Of a stretch of 64,000 nucleotides of DNA, positions 50,665 to 60,352 are shown one piece after another. Origin of the DNA: a virus (taxonomy: Duplodnaviria > Caudoviricetes); IMG/VR virus record IMGVR_UViG_3300027563_000006, positions 6,539 to 70,538 of that record, one strand, 5' to 3'. Below the pieces are notes generated by a model that was given only the letters and a program-made list of their open reading frames with translations, was not told the DNA's origin and ran no database searches. The number at the start of each line of letters is the position of its first letter. Within the stretch, counting starts at the first letter, position 1. The position numbers and the translations under genes are program-made.

Positions 50665-52451
50665 ATACATATGCAATTGACTTTGAAACATATTACGACA
50701 AGGAGACATCAATCACAACACTTGGGCAGTGGCATTACTTGCGAAGCCCAGCTTCAGACATCTACATGGTTGCCATTCAGGGGCCAGATGTTGACTACGT
50801 AGGTTGTCCTAAAAAAGCCCCGTGGACCAAGCTTGATGGCCACAAGTGGGTGGCTCATAACTACAGCTTTGACGGCGCGGTAATCGAGAGGTTGCGGGAA
50901 CAGGAATGTGTTCAATCCAAGCCTGTAGCTTGGGACTGTACTGCAAACCTTTCGGTTGCCGTTGGTGCCCCACGTAATTTGTTGGGTGCCTCCAGGGAAC
51001 TTCTTGGTAGGACTATCGACAAAGACCCGCGGGATAAGATGCAGTCCAAGAAATGGAGCGATGTCGAGGGTACTGAATTTGGAAAAGAAGTATTGGAGTA
51101 CGCTCGCCAGGACGCCAAGGCATGTCTTGGTATTTATGAGAAGTTCTCCAGTGATATGCTTCCGGCGGAGTCCGAGCTATCGAAACACACTATTGAGATG
51201 GGGTGGCGTGGGATTCAGGTCGACCAAGATGCTGTTTCCGCGGGTATCAAAGCTCTTCAAAAAGTTACTTGGGAGAGTGAGAACTCATTGCCCTGGATTG
51301 ATGAAACGGACGGAGTAGTTCTATCAACGAAAGCATTCCGCAGGGAATGTGCGAAGGCTGGTATTCCATGGCCTACGTCCTTGGCGGAGAACTCTGAGGA
51401 GTGCGCTTTGTGGGAATCCCAGTACGGTGAGCAGGTTCCTTTCGTCGGGATTATGCGTGACTGGCGTAAGGCAAACTCTTTGCTGGCCAAGCTCAAAGTC
51501 ATGCAAAGTAGAATCAAACCGGACGGAACGATGAGTTACGGATTGAAATACATGGGTGCTCACACTGGCCGTTGGTCTGGTGATTCAAAGTTCAACGTTC
51601 AAAACCTCCCTCGTAATGAAATGTTTGGGGTAGACCTTAGAGGTTGCATCGTACCCCGGCCAGGCAAGAAGTTTGTTATCTGTGACTTGGCCCAGATCGA
51701 GCCGCGGGTACTTGCTTGGTTGTCTGGTAACGAAGGACTCTTGGACGCGATCAGGAACGGTTATGGCATCTACGAGGCAGCGGCTAAGAACATGGGATTA
51801 TGGGACGGAGAGAAAGCGACCCTCAAGAAAGTCGACGCACCCTTGTATCAGCTGGTAAAGGCGATGGTTCTTGGCCTTGGCTATGGTGCCGGGGCGAAGA
51901 AATTTGCTCTTATTGCCAGGATGCAATACGGAATCGACATGACGGAAACTAAGTCGAACATGATCGTCAATGATTTCCGCACTAGGAATCAACCGATCTT
52001 GGATCTGTGGAGGAAGTTGGAGGGCGACTTCCAGAGGGCAAAGGCAGATAAGCAATTCGAGGTGGGCTTGCCTAGCGGTCGAGTTCTTACTTATCGCAAC
52101 ATTATGTCGCAATGGCCGGACAAGCAGAAGTATGACAAAAGTGGTAAAGCTAGGAAATCGGCTTGGACGGCTAGTGTTGAAAGGGGCGGACCGCAGATCC
52201 CATTCTATGGTGGGAAACTATGCGAGAACCTTGTCCAGGCTGTAGCCCGTGATGTCATGGGTGCGGCTGTATTGCGTTTAGAAAAAGCTGGATGTCCTGT
52301 TGTTATGCACATTCACGACGAGGCAGTTTGCGAAGTTGACAATTCTGTTCCTGCTGGTGAGATTGAACGTCTCATGAGCGTCTGTCCCGAATGGTTGGAT
52401 GGGTGTCCAATCGGTGCGGAAGCGACCGACGCAGTGAGGTACAAAAAATGA
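50661..52451 (+). CDS. polA: family A DNA polymerase with 3'-5' exonuclease
   Basis: ExoI AIDFET; HTGRWSG; motif A DLAQIEPR; motif B KAMVLGLGYG; motif C HIHDE. Confidence 0.95.
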   Translation: MNTYAIDFETYYDKETSITTLGQWHYLRSPASDIYMVAIQGPDVDYVGCPKKAPWTKLDGHKWVAHNYSFDGAVIERLREQECVQSKPVAWDCTANLSVAVGAPRNLLGASRELLGRTIDKDPRDKMQSKKWSDVEGTEFGKEVLEYARQDAKACLGIYEKFSSDMLPAESELSKHTIEMGWRGIQVDQDAVSAGIKALQKVTWESENSLPWIDETDGVVLSTKAFRRECAKAGIPWPTSLAENSEECALWESQYGEQVPFVGIMRDWRKANSLLAKLKVMQSRIKPDGTMSYGLKYMGAHTGRWSGDSKFNVQNLPRNEMFGVDLRGCIVPRPGKKFVICDLAQIEPRVLAWLSGNEGLLDAIRNGYGIYEAAAKNMGLWDGEKATLKKVDAPLYQLVKAMVLGLGYGAGAKKFALIARMQYGIDMTETKSNMIVNDFRTRNQPILDLWRKLEGDFQRAKADKQFEVGLPSGRVLTYRNIMSQWPDKQKYDKSGKARKSAWTASVERGGPQIPFYGGKLCENLVQAVARDVMGAAVLRLEKAGCPVVMHIHDEAVCEVDNSVPAGEIERLMSVCPEWLDGCPIGAEATDAVRYKK

Positions 52452-54577
52452 ACCTCTTTCGGATACCTAACTTATCGTCGTCGATTGCCAGTTCATGCAC
52501 ACCTTGGGATGGCAATGTCAATCAACCACCGAGTCTTGAGCCGGAAGTTGCAAAACGTTGGGCCGTTCAGAATTCAACTGACGGAATGTTCGTCAGCGGA
52601 TTCGAAGGTCGTGCCGCGGCTATGCGTGTCACCAGAGATAACCCCCCGGCAAAGATGCATGCGTTCATTGCGGACTATGATTGTGAACTTACATCTGAAG
52701 AGTTTATCTCTGGAGTTGGGGCCAAAGCCAAGGCTGGATTAAAACCCATGTTTGCTCACCGTACTCCGAGTGGGGGTGCGCGGGTTATTTGGATGTTTGA
52801 AACGCCCATGCAAATTCCAGTTGGGTTATTGCCAGCGTTTTTAAAGAGAGTTGCTAAAGAGCTGGGGGCAAAGCGTTTGTTTGCTGGGCTTGATGACAAT
52901 CATGTTAAGCCCGAGCAGTACTATGCTTGGTACTTGCCGATGACCAAAGTGGGAGATGTCCCTTTAAGGACAGAGACTCTGTATAGCTGGTTTGCGTCGA
53001 CAATTGACGCGGACCACAAGTACCGCGGGGAAGGGCCCGTAGAGATCCCGATGGATCGTGTACGTAATCGCGTACATGAAATGTACCCAGACAAACTACT
53101 CGGTAACCTTGAGGTCAACGGAAGAACCAACGCGTTCTGGACTGCGACCTCAGACAACCCGACTGCTTGCGTGGTTACTCCGACCGGAATCGTCAGCTTC
53201 TCGCAGGACAAGAGTTTTTATAGCTGGGCTGAAATCCTTGGCGCGGGGTGGGTCAAAGAGTTTGAGGAGGATCGTTTGGGCGCGCCTCTTGCTAACTATT
53301 ACTTTGATGGCAAGCGATACTGGAGGCAGGATGGTCGTGGCATTTGGCGCGACACAGACTCTGAGACTACCCGCAAGGATATTGCCGGTATCTACGGACT
53401 GTCTCTTGCTCCCATGCAACGTGGTGGAATGTGCGAGGTCGACCAAACTGTTTTGCGGGTGCGTGAAACACGACGGGTTGACGATGCTGGTCCAATCCTG
53501 TTTAGCAAAGAGGAAGTTGTTTACATGGGTGGTCGTACCGTACTCAATATCTCACGGGTAAAAGTTTTAGAGCCTAGGATTGAAGTCTGTGAGAAGTGGG
53601 GCGATGGATTCCCTTGGATCGCAAAGTTCCTCGACGGGTTCTTCAATCCACACGATTCCCTCCAATACTTCCTGGCGTGGCTTCATCACTTCTACGTATC
53701 CGCCAAGTCGGGAAAGCAGTCACAAGGTCAGGCGATCTTCATCGCCGGTCCGGTGGGAGTGGGCAAGACGCTCATGGGCACTCAGATTGTATCCAGACTG
53801 ATGGGTGGTGGTTGCGACGCCTCGGGCCATATCTCTGGGGAGAGCGAGTTCAACTCGGAGATGTTCGAGGTGGGTGTACTCAACGTCGATGATACTATCG
53901 CCTCAACTAGCCACGAAAAGCACTTACTCTTCTCCAATACGGTGAAGAAGTTTGTTGCCAATCGTCGGCATCGTTACCGGGCTATGTGGAAAAATCCTGC
54001 TACCATTGAGTGGTCGGGTCGGGTGTTTGTCACCTTGAATGATGACCCTGACTCCATGCGGGCGGTTCCATACACAGACGCAAGTATATTAGATAAGCTA
54101 ATGCTATTTAAGGCTTCGTCCAAAGGTATGGATTTCCCTCAGTCTCAGGAGCTACAGCGCATTCTTGACGGTGAGTTGCCTGCGTTTGCCAGATGGTTGA
54201 CTGACTTTGAAATTCCTGAGGAGCTTAAGTGTTCCAATCGGTTTCAGGTTAAGTGCTACCACCACGCCGATATCCTTGAGGATACCCGAACTACCCACCC
54301 TAACCATGCCTTCTCGGAGTTGCTGGACGAATTCCTTATTGGATTTAACCAAGCGAACCCAAAGGAAAGAACATGGAAAGGTTCGGCTACCCAGCTACTT
54401 AATCAGATGCTAAATGACCAGAGTCTTACCAATCTTACCCGCCATTATGCCTCTACTCCGGAGAAGATGGGCCAGCGGTTAGCCAAATTGATGACGACAA
54501 AAGGCATCGAGCGTGTGACGATCCAGGGCAAGGTGCTCTGGAAGATCCCGGTTGACGAAGTGAAACCGGCTGTTTAA
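52448..54577 (+). CDS. primase-helicase (N-terminal primase-like plus C-terminal SF3/NrS-1-like helicase)
   Basis: ADYD...HRTPSGG.R N-terminus; Walker A GPVGVGKT, NVDD, follows polymerase. Confidence 0.8.
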   Translation: MNLFRIPNLSSSIASSCTPWDGNVNQPPSLEPEVAKRWAVQNSTDGMFVSGFEGRAAAMRVTRDNPPAKMHAFIADYDCELTSEEFISGVGAKAKAGLKPMFAHRTPSGGARVIWMFETPMQIPVGLLPAFLKRVAKELGAKRLFAGLDDNHVKPEQYYAWYLPMTKVGDVPLRTETLYSWFASTIDADHKYRGEGPVEIPMDRVRNRVHEMYPDKLLGNLEVNGRTNAFWTATSDNPTACVVTPTGIVSFSQDKSFYSWAEILGAGWVKEFEEDRLGAPLANYYFDGKRYWRQDGRGIWRDTDSETTRKDIAGIYGLSLAPMQRGGMCEVDQTVLRVRETRRVDDAGPILFSKEEVVYMGGRTVLNISRVKVLEPRIEVCEKWGDGFPWIAKFLDGFFNPHDSLQYFLAWLHHFYVSAKSGKQSQGQAIFIAGPVGVGKTLMGTQIVSRLMGGGCDASGHISGESEFNSEMFEVGVLNVDDTIASTSHEKHLLFSNTVKKFVANRRHRYRAMWKNPATIEWSGRVFVTLNDDPDSMRAVPYTDASILDKLMLFKASSKGMDFPQSQELQRILDGELPAFARWLTDFEIPEELKCSNRFQVKCYHHADILEDTRTTHPNHAFSELLDEFLIGFNQANPKERTWKGSATQLLNQMLNDQSLTNLTRHYASTPEKMGQRLAKLMTTKGIERVTIQGKVLWKIPVDEVKPAV

Positions 54578-54604
54578 TCTGGTTCCACGCTCAAAACACT
54601 ACTT

Positions 54605-55009
54605 ATGAGAAATGTAGCCATAGCCTTAGCTATGCTGTTTTTAATTCCCACGTTGGCTTCCAATGTATTAATTGAAACACAGCCTAAGAAGCCCACCAAA
54701 AAAATTAAGGTGAGGCTGACGGCTTATTGGTGTGGGCAAGACCCGGACACTTCAAGGCTCAAGTCCTCTACTGGGTATACTTTAAAGTCCGGCAAGACAT
54801 GCGCGGTGGATCCTAAGATCATCCCCTATGGAAGTGTTGTGGTGGTCGATGGTAAGGAATTCAAGGCAATCGATACGGGTACAGCAGTTGTTGCCAAGAA
54901 AGCCTCGCGCGGTAAACTACCTGTTGTGGACCTTTTCTATAAAACAGAGCGACAGGCTATGGTTGCATTGAATAATATGCCAATGCATCCGTGGGTGGAG
55001 ATTCGATAG
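54605..55009 (+). CDS. secreted 3D-domain (MltA-like) cell-wall protein
   Basis: Signal peptide; LTAY, CAVDPKIIPYGS, AIDTG, VVDLF. Confidence 0.85.
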   Translation: MRNVAIALAMLFLIPTLASNVLIETQPKKPTKKIKVRLTAYWCGQDPDTSRLKSSTGYTLKSGKTCAVDPKIIPYGSVVVVDGKEFKAIDTGTAVVAKKASRGKLPVVDLFYKTERQAMVALNNMPMHPWVEIR

Positions 55010-55467
55010 TGTCCGCGATATTGCCTCCAGTTTCCTCCAGGGGCGAAGTGTGTGCTCCGTGCGTAGACCTCACTTCACCTTGTAGAGCTCCGGCAGTAGT
55101 GAATGCATCGGCAACAGTAGTGGTATCTGTGTATCGAAAAGGATGCAGTACTGTCCCCGAATCTTTCGTACAGGCAACGGTAACGTCCCCAAGAGTTAAT
55201 CTGCCCAGTGAGATTGCCTTCTTTGACTTGGGGGGAGTCAACCTCTCCGGATGCGGCGTCACGAGTCAGACTGTGTCGGGTCCTGTCGATTTTGCCTTCT
55301 ATTTCTATGAAGCCTTTGGTATATATTTGAATAATACTATTTCTATATCGCTAACCCCCGGCATAGGCAGCACCGTAACTACAACTATTTTTACAACCGA
55401 AGCAGTTGCCGTAATTTCCGGAGGCGCTAGCCTCTCTGTACCGGCGTCAGTATTTGGAATAGAATAG
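55009..55467 (+). CDS. hypothetical Cys-containing beta-rich protein
   Basis: GTG start overlapping previous stop. Confidence 0.55.
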   Translation: MSAILPPVSSRGEVCAPCVDLTSPCRAPAVVNASATVVVSVYRKGCSTVPESFVQATVTSPRVNLPSEIAFFDLGGVNLSGCGVTSQTVSGPVDFAFYFYEAFGIYLNNTISISLTPGIGSTVTTTIFTTEAVAVISGGASLSVPASVFGIE

Positions 55468-55471
55468 AACC

Positions 55472-55840
55472 ATGACACCGGAAGAAGCGCGGCTGGCCAA
55501 AGAGGAGCTTGCAGCTAAGAAAAAAGAATACTATGAGGGCCTGGAAAAAATGAAGAGAGAGGAAGATCTAAAACGATTGAACCCACCGGAGCAGAACACT
55601 ATTTTGAGGCCAGTTAAAAATTTTACAAAATCAATGGCTACGTGGGTTGGTGGCGGTTTTAAGAGAGTTCAGCAGCATGTCTATGAAAAGCGGATTGCCA
55701 TTTGCCGGGGGTGTCAGTTCTGGGAGGAGAAGGGTAATCTGGGCATGGGAAAGTGCTTGAAGTGTGGCTGCGGAAGAGGTAAACACTGGTTGCCCCACGA
55801 ACAGTGTCCAATCGGTTTATGGGGTAAGGAGAACACATGA
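55472..55840 (+). CDS. Cys-rich putative Zn-binding protein
   Basis: R..ICRGC...CLKCGC......EQCPIGLW motif. Confidence 0.7.
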   Translation: MTPEEARLAKEELAAKKKEYYEGLEKMKREEDLKRLNPPEQNTILRPVKNFTKSMATWVGGGFKRVQQHVYEKRIAICRGCQFWEEKGNLGMGKCLKCGCGRGKHWLPHEQCPIGLWGKENT

Positions 55841-56109
55841 AAAAACAAAAAAGTATATTATCAGCAAAACGGGTTCCATTGTCCCCAGAGGTGGGAAAGC
55901 TGCCGGCTATTAAAATTGTAGCGGAACGTAAAGTTGACTATGTTGAATTAGACCTTGACGTAGATGACAAAGCGGTGGCAGTATTGGCAAAAGCTGGGTT
56001 GGAAACAATCCGGAATGATAAGGAGGCTTTGGTGAGCTACGCGATCACAAAAGCATTAACTGACCTTGTCAAAAACGAGAAAGAAAAAGATGCAAGACAT
56101 ATTGCTTAA
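55837..56109 (+). CDS. hypothetical protein (90 aa)
   Basis: ATGA overlap. Confidence 0.6.
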   Translation: MKKQKSILSAKRVPLSPEVGKLPAIKIVAERKVDYVELDLDVDDKAVAVLAKAGLETIRNDKEALVSYAITKALTDLVKNEKEKDARHIA

Positions 56110-56248
56110 AACGTTTCTCGGTGCGATAGCCGCGTTGCTTGGAGGTGCAATATGTATATTTTTAACTATCGTTGGATTCAGGTGCTGGGACTTTTGTCGT
56201 TCTTTGTTTTCAGCAATTTTGGCCAAACTCAAAACTTTTATGCTTTAA
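56090..56248 (+). CDS. small membrane protein (52 aa)
   Basis: Hydrophobic LGAIAALLGGAICIFLTIVG; overlaps protease ORF. Confidence 0.4.
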   Translation: MQDILLKTFLGAIAALLGGAICIFLTIVGFRCWDFCRSLFSAILAKLKTFML

Positions 56249-56784
56249 AAGCAACGGTAATTCTCTGTTCGGTAAAAATTGAAACGGCTAGTCAGATGGG
56301 GTCGGGTGTTCTTTTGGAGGACGGTGCCACAATAGCCACTTGTGCTCACGTTGTAGGAGACAGTGAGTGGGTCTTCGTGGAAACAGAAAGCTTTTCGGGA
56401 AGGGCTTATTGTGTCGCCAAGGACAGAGATAAAGATATTGCTATTCTAAGATTGAACAAGAGGGGCCAGCCCTTTGCTGTAAAGGAATGCCAGAGTCGGG
56501 AAGAGATGGGGGCTTTCACTTTGGCCGCCGGTAGGCGGATGGAGCACAAGGGCGTAGACATTCAGGCGGGCTATACGCGGGGTTATGTTTCGGGGTATGA
56601 ATCGAATTTTATTATATCTACTGTACCAAAGCCCGGTCATTCGGGTGGCCCCGTTGTAAATCAGGACGGGCAACTCATAGGTATTATACAATCATTTGCG
56701 GGGATTGAGGGAGATGCGGCTACGGCAGTAATTCCTATTTCAGCAGTTTTAGAAGTTATTAAAGAGGCTCGAGAGAAACTATAG
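56152..56784 (+). CDS. trypsin-like serine protease (start uncertain)
   Basis: GSGV, ATCAHVV (His), KDIAIL (Asp), PGHSGGPV (Ser). Confidence 0.85.
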   Translation: MYIFNYRWIQVLGLLSFFVFSNFGQTQNFYALKATVILCSVKIETASQMGSGVLLEDGATIATCAHVVGDSEWVFVETESFSGRAYCVAKDRDKDIAILRLNKRGQPFAVKECQSREEMGAFTLAAGRRMEHKGVDIQAGYTRGYVSGYESNFIISTVPKPGHSGGPVVNQDGQLIGIIQSFAGIEGDAATAVIPISAVLEVIKEAREKL

Positions 56785-56788
56785 GTAA

Positions 56789-57355
56789 ATGCAAATTTTT
56801 AATACGCGAATCGAGATGATAGAGGCGTTAACTCCGAAGGGAGGAGTTGTCGCAGAGGTCGGTGTTTTGGAGGGAGAGTTTTCGAAAAAAATAATTAACC
56901 TGTTGCAACCCAAAAAGATGTACATGATAGATATGTTTGAGGGTTTGTGTTTCTCGGGGGATCAGGACGGAAACAACGGAGCAATATACGATCTAAATGC
57001 GGCTCACAGCAGTCTTGTGGAATACGCTAAGTTAAATCCAGCGGTAACTATTTTGAAGGGGGACAGCTCAACGTTGCTGGACACGCTAGAAGCTAGCTCA
57101 CTGGACATGATCTACCTGGATGGGGATCACGAGTACGAAGGGTGCAAGAAGGATGTAATTGCGTCCCACAGGCTCTTAAAGGCCGGTGGATGGCTTATGG
57201 GCCACGACTACGCTACCAACAAGGACAAAGCCCTAAATAACTATGTTTTTGGAGTAAAGAAGGCTATCGACGAGTTCTGCTGTGGTTATAACCAAACTAT
57301 CCACGCCCTTGGAAACGATGGTATGGTATCCTTCGCTATTAAGATCTCTAAGTAA
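56789..57355 (+). CDS. class I SAM-dependent methyltransferase (Methyltransf_24-like)
   Basis: AEVGVLEG, YMID, LDMIYLDGDH.Y, GG.LMGHDY. Confidence 0.85.
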   Translation: MQIFNTRIEMIEALTPKGGVVAEVGVLEGEFSKKIINLLQPKKMYMIDMFEGLCFSGDQDGNNGAIYDLNAAHSSLVEYAKLNPAVTILKGDSSTLLDTLEASSLDMIYLDGDHEYEGCKKDVIASHRLLKAGGWLMGHDYATNKDKALNNYVFGVKKAIDEFCCGYNQTIHALGNDGMVSFAIKISK

Positions 57356-57419
57356 TTGAATTAAAGGTGGAAGCGCTTATGCTTTCAGCAAAAGGACTTA
57401 CGTAAGGTATATGTAGGAT

Positions 57420-57790
57420 CTGTAAGTCGTTGATACGTGGATAGGGTGGGGGGTCGAATTGATGGTCAAATAGTTCTATATATTTGTGTATCAACGATTC
57501 ATGGCTTCTAGGGTGGTAGGGTGGGGGTGTAGGGGTGGTTTTGAACTCGTTGTTCCTACGGCTTTGTGTGTGCGGCGTGTGTGTACAAACAGCCGGAACG
57601 AGTTGGGATACCCCCACCCAGTGGGACCACCCCCACCCTCTCTTTCTTTATATTTATATATATTAATAGTAAACATACACTTAGACAAGGACCCAAGGTT
57701 CGAAATTTGGGTGGGGGTACCCATTTTTGACCCCCCACCCTAAGGCCCTACCCCCACCCTATTTGGGTAAGAAGTGTCCCGAAAGGGGTA
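57420..57790. repeat. origin-like non-coding region with GGGTGGGGG repeats in both orientations and AT-rich core
   Basis: TAGGGTGGGGG at 57442 and 57517, reverse at 57732 and 57751; 9-mer core also at 57611, 57630 (reverse) and 57709; AT-rich 57641-57678. Confidence 0.6.
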
Positions 57791-57806
57791 TATTCGGGTA
57801 CAACCG

Positions 57807-58532
57807 TCAAGGAATCTTTGACTGTTTGGGGTCACACTTTGTGACCAACGAAGCCATTTCCTGATATTTATCCACCATGGATTTATTGAATCCACAGAAA
57901 TGGTGCAATTGCTTGGATAGGTCGAATTCGTTGTAGCCGGCGAACAGTTGTACCTTTTGGGCTATGTCGTGGCAATTGCCCATCTCAAAGTTTGTCGACA
58001 GGCAGATACCGTAGTTATAAGAAGACTGCTCCAGAATAGCGTCATCCAGCAGTCTCGTTTGAATATGGGGCTCGAATAAGGATCTGATTTTGACCGTGAA
58101 CCCCAGGTCTTTGAATCCGAAGGTCCCAGCATTTAGTCCTTTTAGCATAGTAAACTTTAACTTATCCACATCAGGTGCTTGCTTGTACTGAAACCATTCA
58201 CGGGACATATTGTGGTGCCCTTCGGTTACAATCGTAAAGTCTTTGGTTGGGTCGATCAGATCCATTGGGTTTCCGAAGTAGATAATGTCCGGATCAAGAA
58301 ACAGATAGTAGTCATATCCTTTGGGGATAAGTTCTGAGTACTTGAGGAAACCGCCGTACAAGTAGTCTTTTGGGTCGACAACAACTTTGTGACTGAATCC
58401 TTCTGGCCCCGGCTTGTTGGACATTACGCAGAAGTCGACGTTATCCGGTAGAGTCATGTTCGCGACAAGCAGATCAATACACTTGTGAGACTCCTCGTTG
58501 AAGTCAGTCGCCGTGTAAACTAGAACTCTCAC
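57807..58532 (-). CDS. GT-A fold glycosyltransferase-like protein (GT8/GT77-like)
   Basis: KYSELI...LFLDPDIIY (DxD), LNAG, LEQSSYN, C-terminal HHF. Confidence 0.65.
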   Translation of the reverse strand: MRVLVYTATDFNEESHKCIDLLVANMTLPDNVDFCVMSNKPGPEGFSHKVVVDPKDYLYGGFLKYSELIPKGYDYYLFLDPDIIYFGNPMDLIDPTKDFTIVTEGHHNMSREWFQYKQAPDVDKLKFTMLKGLNAGTFGFKDLGFTVKIRSLFEPHIQTRLLDDAILEQSSYNYGICLSTNFEMGNCHDIAQKVQLFAGYNEFDLSKQLHHFCGFNKSMVDKYQEMASLVTKCDPKQSKIP

Positions 58533-58539
58533 GCGGCCG

Positions 58540-58567
58540 ATTGTATTTTGTCCTTTACAAAAGTCAA
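58540..58567 (-). promoter_or_regulatory. sigma70-like promoter, leaderless
   Basis: TTGACT-N16-TACAAT, 7 nt before GTG at 58532. Confidence 0.6.
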
Positions 58568-58591
58568 AGGAATTGAGACACTGTACGGACG

Positions 58592-58810
58592 ATGAAGGCG
58601 ACCCTTGAGTTTAATCTTCCCGAAGAGGAGACCAATTTTAAATATGCTATGAGCGGGCACGACATGGCAATGATTCTTACGGATCTTGGAATCTTCCTCC
58701 GCTCAAAGATCAAACATGAAATCTCAGACCCCGACCAACTCAACGCTTATGAGAATGTGCGCGATGAGCTTCACTCTTTGCTCGACGACCGGAACGTCAC
58801 CCTCCCATGA
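58592..58810 (+). CDS. hypothetical protein (72 aa, MKATLEFNLPEE)
   Basis: Common small phage protein start motif. Confidence 0.7.
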   Translation: MKATLEFNLPEEETNFKYAMSGHDMAMILTDLGIFLRSKIKHEISDPDQLNAYENVRDELHSLLDDRNVTLP

Positions 58811-59034
58811 AGCATCGAATCCTATCCCATCTGTATTACGCCCTGGGGCACGTATGGAGTTACTTCATGTGCTGGACTGGTTTTGGTTACAGATTCTACA
58901 GCTGGGCCATGAATAAGTCGGTAGAATATGACATTGACTGCCGGCTTTGGAAGCCAGCCCCCGAGTACAAGATGGCTCGGTACCGGACCACAACCTTCGG
59001 TAAGAAACGAAAGAAAAAGAAAAGGAGTAAATAA
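58807..59034 (+). CDS. hypothetical protein with basic tail (75 aa)
   Basis: ATGA overlap. Confidence 0.55.
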   Translation: MKHRILSHLYYALGHVWSYFMCWTGFGYRFYSWAMNKSVEYDIDCRLWKPAPEYKMARYRTTTFGKKRKKKKRSK

Positions 59035-59697
59035 ATGAAGAAAGTATTGTTTTGTATGCCCGGTAGAGAATATTCGGGTAATTTTCTTAAGTGTTGGACA
59101 GCCCTGATCCACGCCTGTTACCAGCGCGAGGTCCTCCCCATTATGTCTCAAACCTATTCTCCGGTCGTTTATTTTTCCAGGAGTCTCTGTCTTGGGGCAG
59201 ATTATATGGCCGGCCCCTCTCAAAAACCTTTTCAGGGCAAGATAGACTATGACTACATCATGTGGATTGATTCTGATATTGTATTTCAACCGGATGATTT
59301 TTTTAATCTTTTAGCTTTAGAAAAGGACATTGCCTCCGGTCTTTATATTATGGCCGACAATACCCATTATCCCGTAGTTGAGACTTGGGACCAAAAAGAA
59401 TTTATTACAAAAGGGAGATTCAAATTCTTGACCAGATCCGACATGGCCGCAAAGACCGGTCCTTTTAAAGTGAGTTATGCCGGAATGGGCTGGATGTTGG
59501 TTAAAAATGGAGTGATGGAGAGTTTAGAGTATCCGTGGTTTCGTCCGCTGTGTACCGAAATAACCCATGAAGGAAAGACCATAATGGATTTAAGTAGTGA
59601 GGATGCGGGTTTTTGTAGAAGTGCCGGCGATCAGGGATATGATGTTTGGGTTGACCCTAGAATTATTGTCGGACACGAAAAGAAAATAGTTCTTTAA
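59035..59697 (+). CDS. GT-A fold (GT2-like) glycosyltransferase-like protein
   Basis: YIMWIDSDIVF, DIASGLY, GMGWMLV, SEDAGFC, VDPRIIVGHEK. Confidence 0.75.
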   Translation: MKKVLFCMPGREYSGNFLKCWTALIHACYQREVLPIMSQTYSPVVYFSRSLCLGADYMAGPSQKPFQGKIDYDYIMWIDSDIVFQPDDFFNLLALEKDIASGLYIMADNTHYPVVETWDQKEFITKGRFKFLTRSDMAAKTGPFKVSYAGMGWMLVKNGVMESLEYPWFRPLCTEITHEGKTIMDLSSEDAGFCRSAGDQGYDVWVDPRIIVGHEKKIVL

Positions 59698-59708
59698 AGT
59701 TTTTATAA

Positions 59709-60341
59709 ATGCCCACACTCAACGAGAACATTCCCAGTTTCAAAGCGATGGTCAGGAAGTCGTTCTTCACTAAAGACGAGACAGATAAAAACGAGTTCTA
59801 CAACGTGTATGTTTTTGCGCTCCAATCCTACCCCGGCACGATCTTGACCTTTCACGTCATGACCGATGCGGGGATGCTTCGAAGCCGAGTTCCCATGTCT
59901 GAGATTTATACTCATGAGCCCACGAATGATATCCCGTTTAATTACAAACAGCTTTGGGATTGTTTCTCGGAGAACGTTACCGTAATCGATTACAGCTTTC
60001 TGGCCTATCACCGCGCTCAGATTGTTTTGAGGGACGGAACCAAAGCATGGGGAACTTACATGTTTACCGTGGACTGGTTCAACAACCCGTACAGCGACGA
60101 ACCTTCCGATTACAAATGCGGCCATGTGTTTGCCGCGGATGACGGGTACTTGCTTTGCATGCCAAACAACCGCATCTTTTGGCGCGACTCCAACTGGGTG
60201 ACCAAGAAGCTTCCTGAGAACCTCAAACAATTTAAGGTGGACACCGAGCTACCTTCTGTGGAGAATCAGTCCGACAGATGGGTGACGGAAGATACCGACT
60301 CGTTTTATTACGACATCCATAAAAGAGAAGAGCCAGCGTAA
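59709..60341 (+). CDS. conserved hypothetical phage protein (210 aa)
   Basis: QLWDCFS...YMFTVDW...KCGH...MPNNRIFW motif familiar from aquatic phages. Confidence 0.7.
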   Translation: MPTLNENIPSFKAMVRKSFFTKDETDKNEFYNVYVFALQSYPGTILTFHVMTDAGMLRSRVPMSEIYTHEPTNDIPFNYKQLWDCFSENVTVIDYSFLAYHRAQIVLRDGTKAWGTYMFTVDWFNNPYSDEPSDYKCGHVFAADDGYLLCMPNNRIFWRDSNWVTKKLPENLKQFKVDTELPSVENQSDRWVTEDTDSFYYDIHKREEPA

Positions 60342-60352
60342 AGGAGATACAT

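Noticed and set aside
57348-57743. ORFs called in the G/C-run region
   Set aside because: Low-complexity translations in conflicting frames; the region looks non-coding
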